Origin: Silicimonas sp.
GTDB taxonomy: Bacteria > Pseudomonadota > Alphaproteobacteria > Rhodobacterales > Rhodobacteraceae
Direction: 5' to 3'
Length of the DNA: 32,000 nucleotides
Assembly (NCBI GenBank): GCA_022826205.1
Contig: JAJDVJ010000185.1
Coordinates: 23,661 to 55,660 of the forward strand
Shown: one piece after another, positions 25,380 through 32,000 of the stretch
Numbering within the stretch: position 1 is the first letter of the stretch
How the letters are laid out: every line of letters starts with the position of its first letter
Notes under the pieces: generated by a model
What the model saw: the letters and a program-made list of their open reading frames with translations, nothing else
What the model was told of the DNA's origin: nothing
Database searches by the model: none
Translations under genes and position numbers: made by a program

Positions 25380-26927
25380 ATGGATCTATTCGAGGAAGTA
25401 TCCGGCGACAACACACCCGAATTCACCGTGACTGAGATCGCGGGTCGCGTGAAGCGCCTCGTGGAATCGGAACTAGGCTGGGTTCGCGTGCGAGGCGAAG
25501 TAGGCCGGGTCGTAATGGCGCGGTCAGGACATCTGTATTTCGACCTCAAGGACGACCGCTCCGTGCTCTCGTGCATGACTTGGAAGAGCCAGGTGCCGGC
25601 GCTCACCATGATGCCCGAAGAGGGCATGGAGGTGATCGCCGAAGGCAAAATGACCGCCTCCGGATTCCAGTCGAGATTCAGCCTGAACGCCGAACGAATT
25701 GTCGTTGCCGGTGAAGGCGCACTGATGGCGATGCTTGAAAGGCGCAAGAAAAAGCTGGCAGCCGAAGGCCTTTTCGACGAGGCGCACAAGAAGCCTCTTC
25801 CATATCTGCCGAACGTCATAGGAGTCATCACGTCGCCGCAAGGAGTCGTGATCCGGGACATCCTGCACAGGCTCCGAGAACGGTTCCCACGGGAAGTCGT
25901 CGTCTGGCCTGTCGCCGTGCAAGGTGACGCCTGCGCACCGGAGGTGGCGCAGGCCATTGCAGGGTTCAACGCGCTGTCACCAGGCGGATCGCCACCCCGC
26001 CCCGACATTTTGATCGTCGCTCGTGGCGGCGGTTCGATCGAGGATCTCTGGGGCTTCAATGAAGAGGTTGTGGCACGCGCAGCTGCGGCATCGGAAATTC
26101 CGCTGGTCTCTGCGGTCGGCCACGAAACCGACACCACGCTCATAGACTTTGCTGCCGACCGCCGTGCGCCCACGCCGACGGCAGCAGCGGAGATTTCTGT
26201 ACCGGTCCGTTCGGAACTGCTTGCGGATCTGACCGGCAACGAGGCGCGACTGTCACGCGGCATGGCACGCAGCATTGACATGTTGCGCCAACGGATCACA
26301 GCGCTTGCGCGCCATTTGCCGCATCCGGAAGGCCTCCTTGCCGAACCTAACCAGCGACTCGACCGGGCCAACGATGCCCTGCCCAAGGGGCTCCGCCATT
26401 TGGTGGACCGCAAGCGAGGCGACCTCGTCGGCGCGTCGGCGGGCCTTCGGCCAACGCTATTCAAGTCCAGACTGGATCGCGAGAGCCAGTTGCTCGAACA
26501 CCGTGCGAACAACCTTGCGACGTGCCTAAGACACGCGGTCGAACGCAAGAACGAACGCTTGTCTGCGCTGGTCGCCCGGCTCCGTGTCAGGCACGTTCGG
26601 GAACAGGTCCAGCGGGAATCGAGAGACCTTGACCGGATCAGCATGAGGATGGTGACGGCGGTCAAGGCCAGGCTGGCCAAGCCCGCTGGCCGTCTTCAGG
26701 CACTGGAACGGACGCGGACCAGTCTTGGCTACAAGGCGACGCTGGCACGTGGCTACGCGATCATTCGAAGCGGCAAGTCCGTACTGACCAAGGCGGAAGA
26801 GGCCCGCCGCGTACGATCGCTGGAAATCGAATTCCAGGACGGGCGGATCAAGGTCACGGGCACGACAGGCGCTTCGAGAAAATCAGGAACGAGTCGGGCA
26901 AGAACCGATCGCAACCCGCAATCCTGA
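25380..26927 (+). CDS. xseA: Exodeoxyribonuclease VII large subunit
   Basis: From ATG 25380: ...FTVTEIAGRVKRLVESELGWVRVRGEV (OB fold), GVITSPQGVVIRDILHRL, VARGGGSIEDLWGFNEE, SAVGHETD. The track start at 25143 overlaps purD. Confidence 0.93.
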   Translation: MDLFEEVSGDNTPEFTVTEIAGRVKRLVESELGWVRVRGEVGRVVMARSGHLYFDLKDDRSVLSCMTWKSQVPALTMMPEEGMEVIAEGKMTASGFQSRFSLNAERIVVAGEGALMAMLERRKKKLAAEGLFDEAHKKPLPYLPNVIGVITSPQGVVIRDILHRLRERFPREVVVWPVAVQGDACAPEVAQAIAGFNALSPGGSPPRPDILIVARGGGSIEDLWGFNEEVVARAAAASEIPLVSAVGHETDTTLIDFAADRRAPTPTAAAEISVPVRSELLADLTGNEARLSRGMARSIDMLRQRITALARHLPHPEGLLAEPNQRLDRANDALPKGLRHLVDRKRGDLVGASAGLRPTLFKSRLDRESQLLEHRANNLATCLRHAVERKNERLSALVARLRVRHVREQVQRESRDLDRISMRMVTAVKARLAKPAGRLQALERTRTSLGYKATLARGYAIIRSGKSVLTKAEEARRVRSLEIEFQDGRIKVTGTTGASRKSGTSRARTDRNPQS

Positions 26928-26980
26928 CCATCATCACGATCAAGCTTCCATCTTGGACCTTCCGGGATTAGGTCGTGGGC

Positions 26981-28072
26981 ATGGCGTTCTTTGCAAAGCT
27001 GAAGGAACGACTCTTCAAGTCGTCCTCGAAACTTGACGAAGGCCTCGACGCGATCATCGAGGATGGCGGCAGCGTCGACGCGGCTCCTGACGCCGTCGCG
27101 GAACGGCCGTCACCGACGGAATCCGCTGACACCGCAGCATTGGCACCGACGACGACCGCACCACAAAGCCAAAAAGGCGCGGACGGCACTGAATCCGTGG
27201 ATCGAACACCGGGTCGAGGCGCATCAGAGCCCCTGGTCCGGCGCGCCTTGGATGACGAAATGCTCGAGCAAATCGAGGAGTTGCTCATAGCATCAGACAT
27301 GGGCGTAGAGACGGCAATGCGCGTCGCAGCCAACTTGGCAGAAGGACGAATCGGGCGGAAGTTCTCTACGGCTGAATTGAAGGAATTGCTGGCCGACGAA
27401 ATCACCCGCATCATGGAGACGGTGGCGAGCCCGATGCCGATCTTCCCGAAGCGACCGCAGGTCGTTCTGGTGGCTGGCGTCAACGGTTCAGGCAAGACCA
27501 CGACGATCGGCAAGCTCGCGTCCCAGTTCCGTGATGCCCAAAAGTCTGTGGTGATCGCCGCCTGCGACACGTTTCGGGCAGCCGCCGTCGAGCAACTGCA
27601 AATTTGGGGCCAGCGGGCCGGCGTCCCCGTTCTGACCGCGCAGGAGGGTTCGGATCCGGCAAGCCTGGCATTTGAGGCAATGGCGCAGGCCGAATCGGAG
27701 CAGGCGGACATTCTCATGATTGACACTGCGGGTCGGCTACAGAACCGGAACGACCTGATGGAGGAACTTGCCAAGATCGTTCGCGTCATCAGGAAGAGAG
27801 ATCCGGAGGCGCCGCACAACACGCTTCTGGTGCTTGATGCCTCGACCGGACAGAACGCACTTTCCCAGGTCGAGATATTTCGCGATGTCGCGGATGTCTC
27901 CGGTCTCGTCATGACGAAGCTTGACGGCACCGCGAAGGGCGGCGTGCTGGTCGCGCTGGCCGACCGGTTCGGTCTGCCGATCCACGCAATCGGGGTCGGC
28001 GAGCAGATCGACGACCTGGCACCATTCGATCCACGAGAATTTGCCGCAGCCCTGACCGGGCTCGACGCGTGA
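26981..28072 (+). CDS. ftsY: Signal recognition particle receptor FtsY
   Basis: MAFFAKLKERLFKSS, an acidic A-domain, then the NG domain with GVNGSGKTTTIGKLA, DTAGRL and TKLDGTAKGG. Confidence 0.95.
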   Translation: MAFFAKLKERLFKSSSKLDEGLDAIIEDGGSVDAAPDAVAERPSPTESADTAALAPTTTAPQSQKGADGTESVDRTPGRGASEPLVRRALDDEMLEQIEELLIASDMGVETAMRVAANLAEGRIGRKFSTAELKELLADEITRIMETVASPMPIFPKRPQVVLVAGVNGSGKTTTIGKLASQFRDAQKSVVIAACDTFRAAAVEQLQIWGQRAGVPVLTAQEGSDPASLAFEAMAQAESEQADILMIDTAGRLQNRNDLMEELAKIVRVIRKRDPEAPHNTLLVLDASTGQNALSQVEIFRDVADVSGLVMTKLDGTAKGGVLVALADRFGLPIHAIGVGEQIDDLAPFDPREFAAALTGLDA

Positions 28073-28127
28073 CGACACCTTACGTGCAGGATCGCATAGC
28101 GACAGACGTGCGATTTGGCCCGAGGCG

Positions 28128-29027
28128 ATGAGCGAGTGGCTGATCTCCATTGAGGGAACGGAAGTCGGCCGAACGGCAGCGCTCGTCCTGGCATTGCAGG
28201 CCGCGTTCCTTCACGCCTTGTTCGGAGCCCTTCAGAAGACCCGTTCCGATCCATGGACCATGCGCGCGGTGATTGATGGCTGCTACGGCCTGATCGCACT
28301 GCCGATCGCACTCTTTCTCGTCCCCATGCCCGAACCCGAGCTCTGGCCGCTCTTTGGCATCGCCTGGGTGCTGCACACCGGTTACAAGATCGCTCAAGCA
28401 AGCGCCTACACTGTTGGTGCCTACACAGTGGTCTATCCTGTCGTACGGGGATCGGGCCCGGCATTTACGGTCGTTGGAGCAGGCATCCTTTTCAACGAAC
28501 ATTTCACTTCGGTCCAATGGCTTGGTGTCGCCTGCCTCACATTTGGAATCCTTGGCTTTGCGGCCTACAACCTTCGCCACACCGTGATCGACCGGTCAAG
28601 GTTGCCGCTAGCGCTCGGCCTTGCATTGATGACCGGCGGCATCGTTGCGCTCTACACGACTTGGGATGCATACGTCATCCGCGCTACAGCGAACCCGTTT
28701 ACATTCCTGGCGTGGTTCTTCCTGATCGACGCAGTTGCCTTTCCGGTCGGGTACCTCTTGTGGCGTCGCGGGCAATTGCCCCAGCCATTCGCGCCGGTGC
28801 TGCGCCTGGGGATTCTCGGGGCTGTCGTGGCCTTCTTCTCCTTTGGCGGCATCATGCTTGCAACGCGGCTTGACAAGGTCGGCGAAGCAGCTGTGCTCAG
28901 GGAAACCTCGGTCGTGTTTGCCGCCCTTTTCGGCTGGCTGATGCTTGGAGAAAAAGTGGGGCCTCGGCGACTCGCCTTGATGGCCTTGATCGCGGCGGGC
29001 GCAGTGATCGTGGAATGGGGCAACTGA
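28128..29027 (+). CDS. EamA/DMT-superfamily transporter
   Basis: 299 aa with about 10 hydrophobic segments in two repeated halves, typical of EamA-domain proteins. Confidence 0.75.
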   Translation: MSEWLISIEGTEVGRTAALVLALQAAFLHALFGALQKTRSDPWTMRAVIDGCYGLIALPIALFLVPMPEPELWPLFGIAWVLHTGYKIAQASAYTVGAYTVVYPVVRGSGPAFTVVGAGILFNEHFTSVQWLGVACLTFGILGFAAYNLRHTVIDRSRLPLALGLALMTGGIVALYTTWDAYVIRATANPFTFLAWFFLIDAVAFPVGYLLWRRGQLPQPFAPVLRLGILGAVVAFFSFGGIMLATRLDKVGEAAVLRETSVVFAALFGWLMLGEKVGPRRLALMALIAAGAVIVEWGN

Positions 29028-29106
29028 TCAACTCGTGCGCGCGGGGTTGCGAAGGCCCGTTGGCTCGCATAGATACCGCACACTCGCAAACAAGGCCGCA
29101 TTCGCC

Positions 29107-29478
29107 ATGGACAACGTCGTACTCATCGTCCACCTGATTCTCGCTCTTTGCCTCATCGGTGTTGTGCTCCTGCAGCGCTCGGAAGGAGGCGGTCTTGGCC
29201 TGGGTGGCGGAGGTGGCGGGCTTGTGACATCACGCGGCGCGGCAACGGCGCTCGGCAAGGTGACCTGGGCTTTCGCAATCGCGTTCATAATCACCTCGCT
29301 TACACTGACGATCATCGCCGCCCAGAATTCGGCCACCGGTTCCGTGCTGGACCGTCTCGGCATTGCGTCACCCGAAACAAGCGCAGGACCGAGCGACGTT
29401 CCGGAAGCCGATTCGCTGCTGCCTCCCGTTGACGACGGCGGCTCGAGCGGCGGCCTCCTTCCTCGCGCGGACGAATAG
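29107..29478 (+). CDS. secG: Preprotein translocase subunit SecG
   Basis: MDNVVLIVHLILALCLIGVVLLQRSEGGGLG..., two TM segments and a glycine-rich loop. The track's start at 29035 adds a non-conserved extension. Confidence 0.9.
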   Translation: MDNVVLIVHLILALCLIGVVLLQRSEGGGLGLGGGGGGLVTSRGAATALGKVTWAFAIAFIITSLTLTIIAAQNSATGSVLDRLGIASPETSAGPSDVPEADSLLPPVDDGGSSGGLLPRADE

Positions 29479-29855
29479 CAGACCTCAAGGGCTCCCTGAT
29501 CGCTGAGCACCGCCATTCTGAGGGCAGGACCACAATTGGCCTAACGTGGCTCCGCCTGATCGGCGTTGGGCAAGCATCTGCGGTCTGGCCTGCCGTTCTT
29601 CGGCGTCTGGACGATCAGGAAAGTGCCCAACACCCTGAAATCGCGTGACTCCTTGTCTTGGTGAAGCAACTGTGGCTGGCGCCGTCGGGGCGAAATTCCA
29701 CAAGACCTCGACCATTTGCGGAAATTTTCTCAAGATATTGCGGGTCACCCACTTGGCAAGCGGCCGCAAATCCTATAACGGTGTAGCCCCGTGATGCCGC
29801 GTCATTCGAAGAACGAATCGGGCGGCCACGAGCGGTCACGGGGGTATCCGACAAC

Positions 29856-31499
29856 ATGGCGCGGTTCGTCTTTGTCACCGGTGGCGTTGTGTCATCGCTT
29901 GGAAAGGGGCTTGCGTCCGCTGCGCTGGGGGCGCTGCTCCAGGCACGTGGATATTCGGTTCGGCTGAGGAAACTCGACCCCTACCTGAACGTGGACCCCG
30001 GAACGATGAGTCCGTTCGAGCACGGTGAAGTATTCGTCACAGACGACGGTGCCGAGACGGACCTTGATCTTGGCCATTACGAACGCTTCACCGGCGTTCA
30101 CGCCCGTGGCACAGATTCCGTCTCCTCCGGCCGCATCTATTCCAACGTCCTCGAAAAGGAACGACGCGGCGACTATCTCGGAATGACCATTCAGGTGATT
30201 CCGCACGTCACCAACGAAATCAAGGAATTCATCAGCATCGGTGACGACGAGACGGATTTCATGCTCTGCGAAATCGGCGGCACCGTCGGCGACATCGAAG
30301 GGCTGCCCTTCTTCGAGGCGATTCGCCAGTTTGCGCAGGACAAGGATCGCGACGAATGCATCTTCATGCACCTGACCTTGCTGCCTTACATCGACGTGAC
30401 GGGCGAGTTGAAGACCAAGCCCACGCAGCACAGCGTCAAGGAACTGCGTGCAATCGGGCTCCAGCCCGATGTTCTTGTCTGCCGCTCTAAGATGAACATC
30501 CCGGAAAAGGAACGCGCAAAGATCGCCCTGTTCTGCAACGTCCGTCCGGAAGCCGTGATACCCGCTTACGACCTCGCGTCGATTTACGAGGCGCCGCTTG
30601 CCTATCACCAGCTCGGCCTGGATCAGGCGGTTCTCGATGCATTCCGGATCGCGCCGGCACCCACGCCCAAGCTGGATCGCTGGCATGACGTGAAGGACCG
30701 GCTCGACAACGCGGAAGGTGAAGTCAGGGTGGCGATCGTCGGGAAATACACGACGCTCGAAGACGCCTACAAGTCCATCGCCGAGGCGCTGACCCATGGC
30801 GGCATGGCCATACACACGCGCGTAAAGGCCAAATGGATCGACTCGGAATTGTTCGAAAGAGAGGATCCAGCCCCCCATCTCGAGGGCTTTCATGCGATTC
30901 TGGTCCCCGGAGGCTTCGGAGAGCGGGGAACCGAAGGCATGATTCGGGCGACCCGGTACGCGCGAGAGAAGAAGATTCCCTATTTTGGCATATGCCTAGG
31001 CATGCAGATGGCGGTCATTGAGGCCGCGCGCCACCTTGCCGGCATTGCCGAGGCGGGCTCCGAGGAATTCGACCATGAAGCCGGCAAGTCACGTTTCGAG
31101 CCTGTTGTCTATCACCTGAAGGAATGGGTACAGGGCAACCATGTATCAAGACGCAAGATCAGCGACGACAAGGGCGGCACGATGCGGCTGGGCGCCTACA
31201 CGGCACATCTCAAGGAGGGCTCAAAAGTCGCGAAAATCTATGGAGGCACCACCATCGAGGAGCGCCACCGGCATCGCTACGAGATCGATACAAGATATCG
31301 CGACAGGCTCGAAGAGACGGGGCTCTGCTTCTCAGGAATGAGTCCTGACGGCCGGCTGCCAGAGATCGTCGAGATGGCTGATCACCCGTGGTTCGTCTGC
31401 GTGCAGTTTCACCCGGAACTGAAGTCAAAGCCGTTTGAACCGCACCCGCTGTTCGCGGACTTCATCCGGGCCGCCGTGGAAACAAGCAGGCTTGTGTAG
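29856..31499 (+). CDS. pyrG: CTP synthase
   Basis: 547 aa: [18 protein letters not shown]..., a C-terminal GATase domain with GICLGMQ and HRHRYE. Full length. Confidence 0.97.
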   Translation: MARFVFVTGGVVSSLGKGLASAALGALLQARGYSVRLRKLDPYLNVDPGTMSPFEHGEVFVTDDGAETDLDLGHYERFTGVHARGTDSVSSGRIYSNVLEKERRGDYLGMTIQVIPHVTNEIKEFISIGDDETDFMLCEIGGTVGDIEGLPFFEAIRQFAQDKDRDECIFMHLTLLPYIDVTGELKTKPTQHSVKELRAIGLQPDVLVCRSKMNIPEKERAKIALFCNVRPEAVIPAYDLASIYEAPLAYHQLGLDQAVLDAFRIAPAPTPKLDRWHDVKDRLDNAEGEVRVAIVGKYTTLEDAYKSIAEALTHGGMAIHTRVKAKWIDSELFEREDPAPHLEGFHAILVPGGFGERGTEGMIRATRYAREKKIPYFGICLGMQMAVIEAARHLAGIAEAGSEEFDHEAGKSRFEPVVYHLKEWVQGNHVSRRKISDDKGGTMRLGAYTAHLKEGSKVAKIYGGTTIEERHRHRYEIDTRYRDRLEETGLCFSGMSPDGRLPEIVEMADHPWFVCVQFHPELKSKPFEPHPLFADFIRAAVETSRLV

Positions 31500-31524
31500 C
31501 GGACATGCGTAGGCGCCACGCGTC

Positions 31525-31572
31525 ACGCAACCCGCGACGACGAAGACTGGGCTGAGGGCCCGCGGGTTGCGT
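31525..31572 (+). terminator. 12-bp perfect stem hairpin (ACGCAACCCGCG / CGCGGGTTGCGT, 24-nt loop) 26 nt after the pyrG stop
   Basis: Arms are at 31525-31536 and 31561-31572, read directly. No U-tract follows, so intrinsic termination is plausible but unproven. Confidence 0.45.
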
Positions 31573-31690
31573 CCCGAATTCCGGCAATTGCCCGCCCCTT
31601 CCTGACCGTCAATTTGCCTGTTGGCGGGCCGTTGCGATGGTGTGCCTGCGGTGCTGTCGTGCCACATCTTCATCAGAACGGATGACCTAA

Positions 31691-31760
31691 AGTGTCACTT
31701 CATGGGACTTAAAATAGCATAATTGCAAAATTTTCGTTGAAAATTCGGTTTCAGTGTCAC
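31691..31760 (+). promoter_or_regulatory. AT-rich putative control region with two AGTGTCAC motifs upstream of the ATPase gene
   Basis: AGTGTCACT at 31691-31699 is a 4-1-4 palindrome; AGTGTCAC recurs at 31753-31760, 62 bp later. By my count 31681-31783 is about 38% GC. It contains -35/-10-like hexamers (TTGCAA 31723-31728, TTGAAA 31737-31742, TAAAAT 31709-31714), but I cannot pick a confident pair. Confidence 0.3.
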
Positions 31761-31783
31761 ATTCTTCCCAGTGGAGGAAACAC

Positions 31784-32000
31784 ATGATTTACCAACTCGA
31801 GATCGAGAATTTCTACTCCGTGCGTGAGCGCCAGCTGATCGACCTGACTGTTGGGAATAAGGTACCCGACGAACCGGGACGCCTGGTCCGAATCCATGAC
31901 GGCACCGACGCGCGAGCTCCGCGGGTGATTGCTCTCTTCGGGGCGAACGCCTCCGGCAAGTCCAACGTGCTGCGCGCGATCGCTTTCCTGTCCTGGTTTG
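31784..32000 (+). CDS. P-loop ATPase, AAA_15/AAA_21-like (SMC/RecF/ABC-type N-terminus); 3' end outside the window
   Basis: Not in the ORF track because no stop occurs before the window end. ATG 31784 is preceded by GGAGGA (31773-31778). Translation: MIYQLEIENFYSVRERQLIDLTVGNKVPDEPGRLVRIHDGTDARAPRVIALFGANASGKSNVLRAIAFLSWF. It has an IENFxS strand, Walker A GANASGKS and NVLRAIAFL. Confidence 0.8.
   Translation, partial: MIYQLEIENFYSVRERQLIDLTVGNKVPDEPGRLVRIHDGTDARAPRVIALFGANASGKSNVLRAIAFLSWF

Noticed and set aside
26968-28464. 498-aa minus-strand ORF antisense to ftsY and the start of the EamA gene
   Set aside because: It is Arg/Ser/Ala/Pro-rich with no motifs and overlaps two genes that have strong homology signatures. 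This is a high-GC antisense artefact. The same reasoning applies to 25298-26680 (antisense to xseA), 29892-30893 (antisense to pyrG), 11580-12350, 12996-13751 and 13034-13678 (antisense to glyS), 16550-17518 (antisense to trkH), 18527-19471 (antisense to metZ), 20174-20965 (antisense to the methyltransferase), 23327-24154, 24324-25010, 5268-5975 and 1183-1827.
29181-29226. Short GGC/GGT-rich tandem-looking run
   Set aside because: It encodes the glycine-rich loop of SecG (GGGLGLGGGGGG). This is a coding feature, not a regulatory repeat or a contingency tract.
1-32000. Scan for CRISPR arrays, rRNA/tRNA genes and long tandem repeats
   Set aside because: I saw no regularly spaced direct repeats, no cloverleaf-compatible tRNA sequences and no rRNA-like stretches by eye. 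The only long repeat is the 277-bp element pair.

Overview
High-GC (by eye about 60%) chromosomal segment with alphaproteobacterial gene content; most of it is ordinary housekeeping DNA. Layout: 1-6359 holds a Dpp/Opp-type ABC importer (binding protein, two permeases, fused double ATPase) followed on the same strand by an aldehyde dehydrogenase and an SDR, with a convergent two-domain extradiol dioxygenase at 6443-7399. 7427-8983 is a lower-GC patch carrying a Phd/YefM-like antitoxin plus PIN (VapC-like) toxin pair, flanked by unassignable DNA. The rest runs: alpha/beta hydrolase, 1-Cys peroxiredoxin, small membrane protein, glyS-orf-glyQ, a truncated IS200/IS605-type tnpB remnant, trkH, class-I glutamine amidotransferase, metZ, an ERG6/SMT-like sterol-24-C-methyltransferase-family gene, a small hypothetical gene, Nu-class GST, yciB, purD, xseA, ftsY, an EamA transporter, secG and pyrG. 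Four things deserve a second look. (1) After the pyrG hairpin, a ~100 bp AT-rich junction with repeated AGTGTCAC palindromes leads into a P-loop ATPase gene (31784 to the window end, absent from the ORF track). Its N-terminus is the type used by many anti-phage and accessory systems, so this may be the edge of an island, but the window stops after 72 codons. (2) A 277-bp non-coding element with 24-bp terminal inverted repeats occurs twice in inverted orientation (11139-11415 and 22204-22480, about 97% identical by hand alignment). One copy has an 8-bp target duplication, and the pair brackets 10.8 kb of housekeeping genes. (3) The methyltransferase is collinear with eukaryotic sterol C-24 methyltransferases. 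(4) metZ probably starts at a non-canonical ATT codon behind a long structured leader. No rRNA, tRNA or CRISPR array was seen. I cannot show a complete novel system inside this window.
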